Shown here: positions 1 to 10,523 of the stretch, in pieces | Layout: each line of letters begins with the position of its first letter | Numbering within the stretch: position 1 is the first letter of the stretch | Assembly: GCA_963717145.1 (NCBI GenBank) | Contig: OY970325.1 | Location: forward strand, 4,448,001 to 4,512,000 | DNA length: 64,000 bases | Direction of reading: 5' to 3' | From: an uncultured Armatimonadetes bacterium | Lineage (GTDB): Bacteria; Armatimonadota; UBA5829; DTJY01 | Notes under the pieces: model-generated | Databases searched by the model: none | What the model was told of the DNA's origin: nothing | What the model saw: the letters and a program-made list of their open reading frames with translations, nothing else | Position numbers and translations under genes: made by a program

Positions 1-304
1 CTCCGGGTGCTCCAGCGTCGCCCTTGTCGCCCTTCATTCCCTGACTAGTGCTATCACTCGGCATCATGTCGATGATGACCGGGATGGCCTTGGCGAGGGC
101 CTCAGCGAACTCGTATCGGGTCATTGCGCGCTTGCCGCCGAACGTACCGTCAGGGTATCCCTGAATGATCCCCTGATCAACCAGTTCCTGTACTGCGTCA
201 TATGCCCAGTGATCAGGCGGGACATCGGGGAATTCCTGCGCGAACGCGACGGTGCCCAGTCCGAGCAGAAGTGCAGCGATCATAACGAACGCTACTTTGT
301 TCAT
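1..304 (-). CDS. SLH-domain exported protein (OmpM/S-layer-like), N-terminal part only; runs off the window
   Basis: Manual translation: signal peptide MNKVAFVMIAALLLGLGTVAFA, then the SLH motif FPDVPPDHWAYDAVQELVDQGIIQGYPDGTFGGKRAMTRYEFA, then Gly-X-Y triplets GMKGDKGDAGAPG. SD GGAGG at 311-315 (minus). Confidence 0.85.
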   Translation of the reverse strand, partial: MNKVAFVMIAALLLGLGTVAFAQEFPDVPPDHWAYDAVQELVDQGIIQGYPDGTFGGKRAMTRYEFAEALAKAIPVIIDMMPSDSTSQGMKGDKGDAGAPG

Positions 305-826
305 GTTCATCCTCCTTGAATGTAACTAACGTCACTTCTGGCCGGAGGCGTCTCTGCTTCTCTCGTCTGTGGCATCTGCGCGAGTATCCATGTTTCCTCT
401 GCATCAACCACGTTCAGATCGAAGCGTCTTCCCTCCAGCCTATGCTATCACCGCGCAAGATCACAGGCCATTCAAGGTGTTTGTCACCTCCTTTCAACCT
501 TGTGCCGCGCGATGTGATAGTCCGATTGCCAGGCATCCTAGCAAATATACCAGGTATTGTCAAGTTCCTGGATGAGAAAGTTTCTCTAGAATCTTTGTAC
601 AACCCTGCTTCCTGTTTTTCCTCCTTGAAGTTTGCAGGACTGCGTACAAGCTCATGCTAAGCCGCTGAGGTCTTATACGCCCACCACTTCCGGAAGGTTA
701 CAGAAATTCTGCAACGCGAAAAACCATCATCGCCCGCATGTCCGACAGTCATTACCCATGCATCTGGAAAGGAAAACGCGGCGAGTAAGCAGTGGTTGGG
801 TGCTATTCAGGGCGAACGCCACGAGG

Positions 827-880
827 TTCCGTAGGAGGGATTTGCCGGGATGGCTTGTGTCCGTAATCCCTCTTACGGAA
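827..880. repeat. GTAG-type REP-like hairpin (short copy of the 59271-59382 family)
   Basis: TTCCGTAGGAGGGATT...AATCCCTCTTACGGAA; shares GGAGGGATTTGCCGGGATGG with 59278-59297. Confidence 0.75.
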
Positions 881-905
881 CCTAGTGGCGTTCGCCCTGG
901 GGGTG

Positions 906-1298
906 CTATTTCCTGAGGTATTCTTCGGCGAGGATGACCGCAGCGAGGTCATCGATCGGCCTGTTCGGGGTGAGCAGACCTCGCGGGACGAGGCGAAGGA
1001 GTCCCCTCGGCGGGTTCTCCTCGAAGAAGCGGGCGCGGGCCTTGAGGGTGGAGTTCGTTTCGTCTACGAATTCGATCGGCAGCGAGCCGGAACACTCGCG
1101 CAATCTGTCGGCGAACCCTTGCACCCGGGTCCCATTCCCTACGATGATCGTGTTGGGGGAGTAGCGAGCTATCAACTCGGCGAGAAGCTCGAGCAATCGG
1201 TCGGGCGTCAGGATCGCTCTGTGCAGCGAGTTCTCGCCGTCCATGACCGCCACACCGCACTTCTCACGGCCCGGGTCTATCGAAATGAGTACACTCAT
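906..1298 (-). CDS. YqgF/RuvX-like RNase H-fold nuclease
   Basis: MSVLISIDPGREKCGVAV...IIVGNGT...VDETNST...IDDLAAVILA; ATG overlaps the upstream stop. Confidence 0.8.
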   Translation of the reverse strand: MSVLISIDPGREKCGVAVMDGENSLHRAILTPDRLLELLAELIARYSPNTIIVGNGTRVQGFADRLRECSGSLPIEFVDETNSTLKARARFFEENPPRGLLRLVPRGLLTPNRPIDDLAAVILAEEYLRK

Positions 1299-2569
1299 CA
1301 GAGGTCCTCGACACGGAAATCGAGATCCAGCGGTCCGGCGGACCATGTATCCTGGCGTGCGATGGCTTTGAGGGTCACCGGCTTCCCGCGGCTCTTCACC
1401 TGGTTCACCATGTCGAGGAGTTGGTCCGGAGAGATCGCTCCGACGGCCGGCTGATCCTGTTCTTCATCGAAGTAGGGGATCACGCCCCGGGCTACCGCCG
1501 CCTTGCGTACATCGGAACGCAGGAAACTGATCACCTGGCCGAGGATTTGTCCTTGAGAAGTGCGGCCGTCCATGGGAGTCTTCGCGACGTCCTGGCCCTT
1601 CCAGTAGATGAGGCGGTTGTAGTTGGGCACAAACTCCACGAGTGCCTGCTCGCCCTCGACCGTGTTCCCGATCGAGACGACGCGCAGGACGACGCTGCCC
1701 GATCCGGTGGACAACTGGTCTACGAGCGCATCTATACTCGTTGCTTCGGTGACTGTCTGCTCCTTCGAACCCTCGGTCCCCGTGATCTTCTTTGTGATTA
1801 TCTCGACCGCCCTGCCGTTGTCGCCGATCCGAGCGCCCTTCTCCCGTGCGGACTTGTCCGCTTCCTCGAGCACTCTGAGCACCTCCGCGCGGACCTTCGC
1901 CCTGGGTTGGGTGCAGTCGATCGCCGCTCGGGAAAGCTCCTGGTTGGACTGGAAGATGATGGTCCGCTGGCGAAGTGCGATGTACCGCTGGTACTTCGAG
2001 ACCGCCTCACCCATCTCAGCCGCGACTATTCCTATCCCGCTGGTGAGGTTGGCTCGCTGCTCCTCCAAGACTGCGATGGCCCGGCGCTGTCTCGCAATAT
2101 CCTTCTTACGCGCCGCTATGTCCGTGGACGCAGACGCGAGAGCCGCCTCGCTGCGAACGAGCTTGAGGCGCGACTGCTGGAGGTTCGTCGAAATGCGAGT
2201 CACCTCGCCGATGAGACTGTCGCGCTGTTTGATGGCCTGCTTCGCGTCGGCGCTCGCCTTATCGGCGGTCCGGCGGGCGGCTTCGTACTTCTGCATCACC
2301 GTGTCGCGCTCGCGGAGGATATCCTCGCCTTCGAGCATGAGGAGTCGGACCCTCTGACTGATAGCTGCCATGAACCCGATGGTGAAGATGGCGATCAACA
2401 TCCCGGTGATCGTCGTGAAAACGATAGCGGTATGTCTGGGACGCAAGCCGAAAAGGCTGAGCCGTCGCTTGCCCAAGCGCCTGCCCAGCAGATCACCCCA
2501 GTACGCTATGAAGCCGCACATGCCGATGAAGACGGCGGCTGCCAGAATCGTTCGCCAAGTCATGGTCAA
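1298..2569 (-). CDS. DUF3084 family membrane-anchored coiled-coil protein
   Basis: N-terminal GFIAYWGDLLGRRLGKRRLSLFGLRPRHTA motif with two TM segments, then a coiled coil; typical neighbour of yqgF-like genes. Confidence 0.8.
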   Translation of the reverse strand: MTMTWRTILAAAVFIGMCGFIAYWGDLLGRRLGKRRLSLFGLRPRHTAIVFTTITGMLIAIFTIGFMAAISQRVRLLMLEGEDILRERDTVMQKYEAARRTADKASADAKQAIKQRDSLIGEVTRISTNLQQSRLKLVRSEAALASASTDIAARKKDIARQRRAIAVLEEQRANLTSGIGIVAAEMGEAVSKYQRYIALRQRTIIFQSNQELSRAAIDCTQPRAKVRAEVLRVLEEADKSAREKGARIGDNGRAVEIITKKITGTEGSKEQTVTEATSIDALVDQLSTGSGSVVLRVVSIGNTVEGEQALVEFVPNYNRLIYWKGQDVAKTPMDGRTSQGQILGQVISFLRSDVRKAAVARGVIPYFDEEQDQPAVGAISPDQLLDMVNQVKSRGKPVTLKAIARQDTWSAGPLDLDFRVEDL

Positions 2570-2588
2570 TAAACGGTGAGCAGTGCAC

Positions 2589-2703
2589 CACAGCCGGTCC
2601 GTAGGGGCGATCCTTCAACGGTCGCCCGGTCTACGAGTAATGGTTGAGTAGTCATCCGCAGACCGGGCGACCGTTGAAGGATCGCCCCTACGGACCGGCT
2701 GTG
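2589..2703. repeat. GTAG-type REP doublet (GTAGGGGCGATCCTT family)
   Basis: Long inverted repeat CACAGCCGGTCCGTAGGGGCGATCCTTCAACGGTCGCCCGGTCT ... AGACCGGGCGACCGTTGAAGGATCGCCCCTACGGACCGGCTGTG. Confidence 0.9.
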
Positions 2704-2706
2704 ATC

Positions 2707-3798
2707 TCACTTAGCCGCCCTCATGATAAGAAATGCGCCTACGACCGCGCAGGCGGCTGTCGGTGCGAAACTTGCGAGAACCGGCGAGACCGCTCCGTTT
2801 CGCCCCAGGATGGTCATGTAGTGCATGAGTATCCAGTACGCGAAGATGATCACGATCGAGAGCCCGAGGCCCGTCGCCGAGCTGCTTCGATGCGGTCGAA
2901 GGCCGAGCGGCGCGCCGATCAGCGCGAAGACGAGAGTAGTGAGCGGCATCGCGATCTTCTGGTAGAGGCTGACCTCGAACGCCGCCACGTCGGTTCCCTG
3001 CTGGGTGAGCATGTTGATGTAGCTCCTGAGTTGTCGGAAGCTCATCTCGTTGTCCCTTTTCTGGAAGAGCGCGATCTGCTCGGGCGTCTTGTCGATCCGA
3101 GTCTGGCGGGCCTGAGTGCCTCGGAACTCGGTCACCCAGGTCGGCTTGGTGCCCAGCGTCTTGATGTACCCGTCCCTGAACTCCCAATTATTCGTGCCGA
3201 GCCATTTCGCCTGCTCACCATAGATAAAAGCCGTCGGTTTGTTGCCAACATACTGAGTCAGCGCGACCCTCCGAAGCGTGCCGGTGGATAGATCGAATCC
3301 TCCCTGCACGAAGAAAACGCTGTTCGTCACGCCATTGTCCGCATCTATCACGAAGAACGGCTTGTCGCTCGACAACGGCTCATTCTTGATCTCCTGTAGG
3401 ATCTGCTGGTGCCGGTGCGTTGCAGAAGGCGCTACATACTCGTTCAGCACGAAGCTCGCGGCCGTGACCACGACTGCCATCACGATCACCGGCAGCACGA
3501 TCCGGTACATGCTGACTCCGCCTGCGAAGAGCGCAACCGTCTCACTGTCGCTGGAGAGCCTGCCGAACCCGAGCAGGGTCGCCAGCAGCATCGACATCGG
3601 CAGAGTGACCACCACGAGCGCCGGGAGGTTCAACGCGACCAGTTCGCCCGCTCGCCAGACCGATGCGTGGTATTCGGCGAGAAGCTCGGTTATCTGGAAC
3701 AGCTCCTTGCCGGCGAACATCAGGCTGGTGAACGCGGCAACGCCGAATACGAACGGGCCGACCAACTCGGTAAGGATGTGGCGGTCGAGTATCTTCAT
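2707..3798 (-). CDS. lptF/lptG: LPS export ABC transporter permease LptF/LptG
   Basis: MKILDRHI start, LSSDSETVALFAGGVS motif, EMSFRQL...KIAMPL...GAPLG; located in the lpt operon. Confidence 0.9.
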   Translation of the reverse strand: MKILDRHILTELVGPFVFGVAAFTSLMFAGKELFQITELLAEYHASVWRAGELVALNLPALVVVTLPMSMLLATLLGFGRLSSDSETVALFAGGVSMYRIVLPVIVMAVVVTAASFVLNEYVAPSATHRHQQILQEIKNEPLSSDKPFFVIDADNGVTNSVFFVQGGFDLSTGTLRRVALTQYVGNKPTAFIYGEQAKWLGTNNWEFRDGYIKTLGTKPTWVTEFRGTQARQTRIDKTPEQIALFQKRDNEMSFRQLRSYINMLTQQGTDVAAFEVSLYQKIAMPLTTLVFALIGAPLGLRPHRSSSATGLGLSIVIIFAYWILMHYMTILGRNGAVSPVLASFAPTAACAVVGAFLIMRAAK

Positions 3799-3830
3799 GT
3801 CTGCTTACTGCTGGGCCATCCCCCCACGAT

Positions 3831-3940
3831 GTTGGGGAGGGAGTTGGACTCCCTCCCCCTGCACTCACCGGGGCGTAGTGGCCGTGCCTCAGTGCCGGCC
3901 AGATGGTGTAGCAGGCCGGCACTGAGGCACGGCCACTACG
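3831..3940. repeat. Two adjacent palindromes: GGGAGGGAG-TTGGA-CTCCCTCCC (3831-3858) and a GTAG-type REP (3874-3940)
   Basis: CGTAGTGGCCGTGCCTCAGTGCCGGCC...GGCCGGCACTGAGGCACGGCCACTACG is a perfect IR; the first hairpin matches the 55927-56183 family. Confidence 0.85.
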
Positions 3941-3944
3941 TGAC

Positions 3945-4676
3945 TCATACCTCGAATCGGTCGCCGAGGTAATACTTGCGGGCTATCGGATCGTTCGGAA
4001 GCTCCGAGGACACGCCGGAGGTCCTCACCTTACCGTCCGAAATGATGTACGCCCGGTCGGTGATCGCAAGGGTCTCGCGAACGTTGTGATCCGTGATGAG
4101 GATGCCGATGTTCTTCGCCTTCAACTCCCCGATGATGTCCTGGATGTCGTTGATGGCGATCGGGTCGACCCCTGTGAACGGCTCGTCGAGGAGCATGAAC
4201 GCCGGGGACATCGCGAGAGTGCGCGCGATCTCCGCCCGGCGGCGCTCTCCGCCGGAAAGCATGTACCCCTTGTGATCCTTGACGTGTCGGATACGCAGTT
4301 CGTCGAGCAGCTCATCGAGTCGCGCCCAGCGCTCCTTCTTCGGCATTCCGGCGAGTTCGAGCACCAGCAGGATGTTCTCCGACACGGTCAACTTGCGGAA
4401 TACAGATGCCTCCTGCGCGAGATAGCCGATTCCGTGACGCGCGCGCTGATACATCGGCATGCCGGTGATCTCACGGCCATCGAGGAACACCTTGCCGGAC
4501 TCCGGGCGAACGAGGCCGACGATCATATAGAAGGTCGTCGTCTTGCCCGCGCCGTTAGGTCCGAGCAGGCCGACGATCTCACCGCGCTTGATGTCGAGCG
4601 ATACATCGTCGACTACGCGCCGACCCTTGTAGGTCTTGACGAGGCTCTCGGTGGTGATCTGCGTCTCGGGTCCTAT
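3945..4676 (-). CDS. lptB: LPS export ABC transporter ATPase LptB (start probably non-canonical ATA)
   Basis: Frame extends upstream of ATG 4526 through [16 protein letters not shown]...[14 protein letters not shown] (Walker A); also [29 protein letters not shown]. Confidence 0.93.
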   Translation of the reverse strand: MGPETQITTESLVKTYKGRRVVDDVSLDIKRGEIVGLLGPNGAGKTTTFYMIVGLVRPESGKVFLDGREITGMPMYQRARHGIGYLAQEASVFRKLTVSENILLVLELAGMPKKERWARLDELLDELRIRHVKDHKGYMLSGGERRRAEIARTLAMSPAFMLLDEPFTGVDPIAINDIQDIIGELKAKNIGILITDHNVRETLAITDRAYIISDGKVRTSGVSSELPNDPIARKYYLGDRFEV

Positions 4677-5254
4677 TTTGTGGCCCCCTCTTTGGGTTTG
4701 ACCGAGAAGTCACCCTTCTTGACGCTAATCTTGGTCTTATTGAGGTAGATGGTGACGCTGCTGCCGGTGAGTGTCGCAGGCTGCTCCAGTTCCGGATCGA
4801 CCAGCTTGACGACCGCGTTCCCGGTGAGCACTATGTTCTCATCGTCCCCACTGGCCGCCGGAGTGAACACCGCTTTGTCCGCGGTCGCGTGGATGAACCT
4901 GGTGGTCTTCTTGGCCTTATCGACCTGCCTGGCATGGATCAGGACATCGGTGGTCGCGGTTGCCTTCGCGATGACGAGCTTCTTCTCGACCTTCTTCAGG
5001 TCCGCTGAGATCGTCTTGGCGGTAATGAGCGCATCCTGGATCGTCTTGCCGCAGATCTCGCATTTCCACGGCTCCCCGGTGAGTTCCAGAGTCGCGCCGT
5101 TTGTCAGATCGATCTTCTCGTCACTGATCTCCATGTCGCCCGCAAGTCGGATTCCGCCGACCGCCATGCTTGCCGCCGAGGTGAACCCGACGTAGACGAA
5201 GAGCGCGCCGATGATAGCGGCGAGAGCGAGTGTCTTCTTCAAATCTTTCCTCAC
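4673..5254 (-). CDS. lptA: LptA/OstA-like periplasmic protein
   Basis: Signal peptide; ATADKAVF...IVLTGNAVV...[10 protein letters not shown] beta-jellyroll-like motifs; lies between lptC and lptB. Confidence 0.65.
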   Translation of the reverse strand: MRKDLKKTLALAAIIGALFVYVGFTSAASMAVGGIRLAGDMEISDEKIDLTNGATLELTGEPWKCEICGKTIQDALITAKTISADLKKVEKKLVIAKATATTDVLIHARQVDKAKKTTRFIHATADKAVFTPAASGDDENIVLTGNAVVKLVDPELEQPATLTGSSVTIYLNKTKISVKKGDFSVKPKEGATK

Positions 5255-5826
5255 AGGATCGCCTCCGCGTCGCTGAGCTTTGCTTTCGTAAGCGCCGTGT
5301 CAGTCGTGATGCTCTGCGCCCGGATATGAATGCTTCCCTTGTCCATGCGCACCCCGCCCGTCCCGACGATCTTGTCCTCGCGGGGCATCCAGATCATCTG
5401 ATCGGCGCTGGCGGTGGAGCCATCCGCGAGCGAAGTCACCTTCACGCCGCCGAAAGCCCGGACTTCCTTCTTGGCGCTGTCCGCCACGACCTTCGGCGCG
5501 ACCATCCGGCTCGCGACCTTTCCGTCTTTATACAGACTGGCCGTGACATCGGTGAGTTCCACCCGCGCGGATCCCCCGGCCTCGTCGGCCGTAGCCGATT
5601 TGAAGCCGGCTTCCCAGAGCCGCTTGCCCTGGTCGTCGTCCCACGTGACCTTGGCGCCTTCGAACTTGGCCTCGGTCCTCGTTCGGTCGGGCGACGGCTT
5701 CTCTGTGAGCGTCCGAGCAGGGCTCTGCTTCGGAGGCGGCTTATGCCCACATCCGGCGGGAAGAATCGCTATGCAAACTGCTATGTGAATAAGCCGGGAG
5801 ATCGTCCCGGCCCGTCGAATAGGCAT
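5251..5826 (-). CDS. lptC: LptC-like lipoprotein
   Basis: Lipobox-like LPAGC; GKRLWE...GGVKV...ADQMIW...GGVRM motifs; operon position. Confidence 0.7.
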   Translation of the reverse strand: MPIRRAGTISRLIHIAVCIAILPAGCGHKPPPKQSPARTLTEKPSPDRTRTEAKFEGAKVTWDDDQGKRLWEAGFKSATADEAGGSARVELTDVTASLYKDGKVASRMVAPKVVADSAKKEVRAFGGVKVTSLADGSTASADQMIWMPREDKIVGTGGVRMDKGSIHIRAQSITTDTALTKAKLSDAEAIL

Positions 5827-5962
5827 CGTTTAGCCTCAGCTTGAGTTTACCATAGTCAATACCCGTTTGCAACCGACGCGCCCATGATGCCTTTACAACA
5901 CAGGTGGTAACTGCTACAATCAGCGCAGGAACAAATGTGCGATTTGTAGCTCGGTGACCAGG

Positions 5963-6472
5963 ATGGCCGTAGAGCGAGATAACAAGCTTCGGATTCTCGG
6001 AGTCGATCCGGGCCTCATCACGACCGGCTACGGCATGATCGAGGCTGTCGGCGACGATGCCCGCCTGCTCGAAGGCGGAGTCATCCGCGCCTCCACGAAG
6101 CTTCCGATCGAGCAGCGGCTCTCCACCATCTTCCACGGCATCCAGGAGCTGATCAAGGAGTTCCAGCCGGACGCGCTCTCGCTCGAAGAGGTCTACACTC
6201 ACTACGAGCGGCCCAGAGTCGCGGTGTTGATGGGCCACGCGCGAGGGGTGATCTGTCTGGCCGGCGCGGTCAACCAGGTCCCGGTCTTCAGTTATGCGCC
6301 AACGCACATCAAGAGCTGCCTTACGGGGAACGGACGTGCGAGCAAGGAGCAGGTCGGCCGCATGGTGGGGCTGCGCCTCGGATTGAAGACCGTCCCTGAG
6401 CCTCTGGATGTGACCGACGCGCTGGCAATCGCCCTTTGTCATCTCGTGCGCCGAGGAAAACAGCAAACATGA
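5963..6472 (+). CDS. ruvC: Holliday junction resolvase RuvC
   Basis: RILGVDPGLITTGYG, LEEVY, HARGVI, GNGRASKEQV, DVTDALAIALCH. Confidence 0.95.
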   Translation: MAVERDNKLRILGVDPGLITTGYGMIEAVGDDARLLEGGVIRASTKLPIEQRLSTIFHGIQELIKEFQPDALSLEEVYTHYERPRVAVLMGHARGVICLAGAVNQVPVFSYAPTHIKSCLTGNGRASKEQVGRMVGLRLGLKTVPEPLDVTDALAIALCHLVRRGKQQT

Positions 6473-7101
6473 TCTCATACATCAGAGGAAGCACAGTCTT
6501 GCGAGGGGAGAGCGAAGTCATCATCTGGTCGGGCGGCATCGGGTACGAGGTCATGGCGCCGGCGACCGTGATGAAGACGCTGCTCAAGAAGACCGACGAG
6601 GAACGCCGCGATGTCATCCTGGTGACGTATCACTATTACGAAAACAACCAGTCGAGGATGGTCCCTCGGCTGGTCGGCTTCACCAACGACGTCGAGCGCG
6701 AGTTCTTCGAGATGTTCATCACCGTCGCGAACATGGGCCCGAAGACCGCTGTCCGGGCGCTGTCGAAGTCGTTCCACTCGATCGCGGAGTCGATCGAGGA
6801 CGGCGACTACAAGGCGCTCTCGACGCTCCCCGGCATCGGTGAGAAGAAGGCCCGTCAGATCATAGCCACGCTCCAGGGCAAGGCGGGCAAGTTCGCCCTC
6901 ATCCAGGACGAGGCGATCGCATCCGAGCCGCTGCCGAAGGAGGACATCGAGATCGACGCCGTCGATGTGCTCCTCCAACTCGGATACAAGCGCGTCGAGG
7001 CCCAGTCGATGGTCAAGCGCGCGTTCGAATCGGCCTCCCCGAAGCCGAAGAGTTCCGAGGAACTGATCCAGAAGATCTACGAACTCAAGCTGATGAAGTA
7101 G
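6469..7101 (+). CDS. ruvA: Holliday junction branch migration protein RuvA
   Basis: MISYIRG, GGIGYEV, LITV-like FITVANMGPKTA, LPGIGEKKARQI, LLQLGY; ATGA overlap with ruvC. Confidence 0.93.
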   Translation: MISYIRGSTVLRGESEVIIWSGGIGYEVMAPATVMKTLLKKTDEERRDVILVTYHYYENNQSRMVPRLVGFTNDVEREFFEMFITVANMGPKTAVRALSKSFHSIAESIEDGDYKALSTLPGIGEKKARQIIATLQGKAGKFALIQDEAIASEPLPKEDIEIDAVDVLLQLGYKRVEAQSMVKRAFESASPKPKSSEELIQKIYELKLMK

Positions 7102-7112
7102 GCGGGCATGTT

Positions 7113-8935
7113 GTGGGCAGATACATCATATTTGCAGCGATGGCGATACTGATGACAACGCCGGTTCTCGGACAAACGCAGACGAGCTACGACGTAGTAA
7201 TCGTCGGGGGGACACCTGGCGGAATCATGTCCGCCATCGCCGCCGCCCGAAACGGCTGTTCGGCGGTGATCCTGGAGCGACGCGCCCACATCGGCGGGCT
7301 TCCGGCCAACGGCCTCGGCGCGACTGATATCGCGACGCGCGGAGCGACCGGCGGCCTGTTTGCCGATTTCGTGGGCCGAGTCCGGAAGCACTACGTCGAC
7401 ACCTATGGCGCGGACTCCAAGCAGGTGGTCGACTGTAGCGACGGATACCGGTTCGAGCCGCATGTGGGCGAGCAGGTTTTCGAAGACGATGCTGGAGGAG
7501 CACAAAGACCGCATCACCGTTCTGCGCCAACGTCAGTTCGATGCCGAGCCCGCGAACGTCGCTCTTGTGGACGGTGGCCTGACTCAGATCACCATCACGA
7601 ACCTTGAGACGAAGCAGCCGGAGTCGTACAGCGGCAAGGTTTTCATCGACGCCACGTACGAGGGCGACCTGGCCAGCCGCCGCCGGCGCCGATTTCCGAA
7701 TCGGGCGGGAGGGGCAGAGCGAGTTCGATGAGCCGATGGCCGGCAAGCTCTACAAGCAGTGGGCCGGACCGATCGGTCCGGGCTCGACGGGTCTCGGCGA
7801 CAATGCCGTGCAGGCGTACAATTATCGCCTGTGCCTCACCCGAGACCCGGAGAAGCGCGCTGCGATCACGAAACCGGCGACGTACAATCGGGACGAGTAC
7901 GTTTCGCTGATAGACGATGTAAAGCTCAACCGATTTCCCGCTCCAGCCGATTCCAACAGGGTTGCGATGGCGTGGGACGGCATCGGCCGGGTGACCAACA
8001 TGGTCCTGCTGCCCAATGGGAAGACTGACGGCAACAATCAACACGCCGCTTTCATCTCGACCGACCTGCCCGAGGAGAACTGGCCCTGGCCGACCGCCGG
8101 TTGGGATTGGCGCGACCGATTCGCCGGGCGTCTGAGGGACTACATCCTCGGCCTGCTCTGGTTCGCGCAGAACGATCACGGTCTGCCCGAGGACTACCGC
8201 TCGCGATGTCGGGAGTGGGGTCTGGCGAACGACGAGTATGTCGATAACGGCAACTTCCCCCGCCAGGCATACGTCCGCGAGGGCAGGCGGATCGTCGGAG
8301 AGCACCTGTTCACGGCGCACGATGCGCTTCCGGTCGAACAGGGCGCTCGACCGCCGGTGTATGCCGACAGCATCACCGCGAGCCACTACGCGCTCGATTC
8401 GCATGCGGTCCTGAAGCGCGAGCCGGGCAGGGCGCATCTCGACGGGTTCTTCAGCAAAGCGAGCGCGCCGTACACCGTGCCCTACGGGGTGATGATGCCG
8501 AAGAAGGTCGAGAACCTCTTGACGCCGGTGCCGGTGTCGGGGACGCATATCGGATTCAGCACCCTGCGCATGGAGCCGTGCTGGATGGCGCTCGGGGAGG
8601 CCGCCGGTACTGCGGCCGCAATCAGCGTAAGGGATTCCGTGACGCCGAGGAAGGTAGAGATCCGCAAGCTCCAGGAGAACCTGCTCGATCACGGCGCGGT
8701 GCTCATCTACTTCCGTGACGCATCGCCCGGCGATAAGCATTACAAGTCCCTGCAGATGCTTGCGCTCCGGGGCTTGTTTTCGGGCGAATGGAATGCTAAG
8801 CTGGGCGAGAAGATCGACGAGCAGACCGCCAACCGGTGGATCGAGAAGGCCGCAGCCGGTGCTCCAGAGGCGTACAAGTCGGGAGTCACCACCCGAGGCG
8901 AACTGCTCGAAATGATCCGCGGCGAAGACTACTAG
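7113..8935 (+). CDS. Exported FAD-dependent oxidoreductase, two apparent frameshifts (~7480, ~7675)
   Basis: Signal peptide, YDVVIVGGTPGG dinucleotide motif, VFIDATYEGDLA, VQAYNYRLCLT, YVREGRR, STLRMEP, spread over three frames. Confidence 0.8.
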
Positions 8936-8978
8936 TTCTTGCCGTGTCCTGGAAATGAACAGGAGATCGGAGGGTCTC

Positions 8979-9182
8979 ATGAAGACGATCCAAGTGGAGA
9001 TAACTGACAAACTGGCCGAGGAGCTGGACGCCATGCTGCGGGAAGGGTGGTTTCAGAACCAAGGGGAGGCCGTCCGTTTTGCCATTCTGCAGCTCGTGGA
9101 AACGCAGAAGCTCGCACTCCAGGAACGGTTTCAGCGAGAGGACATCACCTGGGCACTCGGCCAGAAGAACGTAGCCACATGA
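8979..9182 (+). CDS. CopG/ribbon-helix-helix small protein (antitoxin-like, no adjacent toxin)
   Basis: [36 protein letters not shown] fits an RHH pattern; SD GGAGGG; ATGA overlap with ruvB. Confidence 0.7.
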   Translation: MKTIQVEITDKLAEELDAMLREGWFQNQGEAVRFAILQLVETQKLALQERFQREDITWALGQKNVAT

Positions 9183-10246
9183 GAGAGAAGATCATCACAG
9201 GAGAAGACCCGGAAGAGACACAACAGAGTGCGGTCTGCGCCAATGCCTTGGAGGACGAGGACCGGCAGTCGTGGAACCTGCGGCCGCGGACGCTCGATGA
9301 ATACATCGGCCAGATCGGTGTCGTCGACAGCATGCAGATCGCCATCACCGCCGCCCGCAACCGAAACGAGCCGCTCGATCACGTCCTACTCCACGGCTCG
9401 CCGGGCCTCGGGAAGACGACGCTCGCCCACATCATCGCCAGTGAGATGGGCGCGAGCATCATGGCGACATCCGGCCCCGCGATGGAGAAGCCCAAGGACG
9501 TCATGGGCATCCTCTCGAACCTCGAGGTCGGCGATGTCCTGTTCATAGACGAGATTCATCGGCTCTCTCGCGTTGTCGAGGAGTTCCTCTACTCGGCGAT
9601 GGAGGACTTCCAGGTCGATTTCGTGCTCGATCGGGGCGCATATGCCAAGACGGTCAAGATCCCGCTCAAGCGGTTCACTCTCGTGGGGGCGACCACCCGC
9701 GCCGGGATGCTCTCCGCCCCGATGCGCGACCGGTTCGGCATCTTCGCGCACATGGACTACTACTCGACTGAGGAGCTGACCCGCGTCGTCGTGCGGTCGG
9801 CGGGGATTCTGAGCGTGAAGGTCGATCCGAAGGGCGCGGTCGAGATTGCCCGTCGCTCAAGAGGCACACCCAGGATCGCCAACCGCCTGCTTCGACGCGT
9901 GAGGGACTACGCCGAGGTCGAGGCCGATGGAGTCATCACCCGGGAGATCGCCGACATCGCCCTCAAGCGCGAGATGGTCGATGAGATGGGGCTCGACAAG
10001 CTCGATCGGGCGTTCCTGCGGACGATCATCGAGTTCTACAGCGGGGGACCGGTGGGGATCGAGGCGCTTTCCGCGACCTTGAACGAGGAGACCGACACGC
10101 TCGTGGACATGGTCGAGCCGTACCTGCTCAAGATCGGCTTCCTCAACCGCACCCCGAGCGGCCGGAAAGCCACCCGCACCGCCTACGAGCATCTCGGCGC
10201 GACATTCACGGACACACCGACCCCCGGCCAGGGGAAGTTGTTGTAG
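9179..10246 (+). CDS. ruvB: Holliday junction DNA helicase RuvB
   Basis: [58 protein letters not shown]. Confidence 0.97.
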   Translation: MREKIITGEDPEETQQSAVCANALEDEDRQSWNLRPRTLDEYIGQIGVVDSMQIAITAARNRNEPLDHVLLHGSPGLGKTTLAHIIASEMGASIMATSGPAMEKPKDVMGILSNLEVGDVLFIDEIHRLSRVVEEFLYSAMEDFQVDFVLDRGAYAKTVKIPLKRFTLVGATTRAGMLSAPMRDRFGIFAHMDYYSTEELTRVVVRSAGILSVKVDPKGAVEIARRSRGTPRIANRLLRRVRDYAEVEADGVITREIADIALKREMVDEMGLDKLDRAFLRTIIEFYSGGPVGIEALSATLNEETDTLVDMVEPYLLKIGFLNRTPSGRKATRTAYEHLGATFTDTPTPGQGKLL

Positions 10247-10260
10247 GAGACTTCCGGACT

Positions 10261-10458
10261 ATGCGACACTTTGACTACGAATCGACTGCGCGTGAGGCTG
10301 GATTGTCGGATGATGACATACAGACGATAGTGGAAGCCATTGGCAAGGAGTTTCCTGGGGACGAGATGATGCAGGAGCTGCATGTGCTTCGAGCCTGTGT
10401 CGCCATAACAGACGGACGGGCCAAGGTGAGCGATGTAGTCAAGAGAGAAGCAGAATAG
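10261..10458 (+). CDS. Small hypothetical protein (65 aa)
   Basis: ORF with SD GGAG directly after ruvB; EFPGDEMMQELHVLR. Confidence 0.55.
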   Translation: MRHFDYESTAREAGLSDDDIQTIVEAIGKEFPGDEMMQELHVLRACVAITDGRAKVSDVVKREAE

Positions 10459-10523
10459 AGTTCACCCTCAGCCGGTCTGTCCAGCATGTATGTGCTTAGG
10501 ATCGGTTTCCTGACCCCTGGTTC

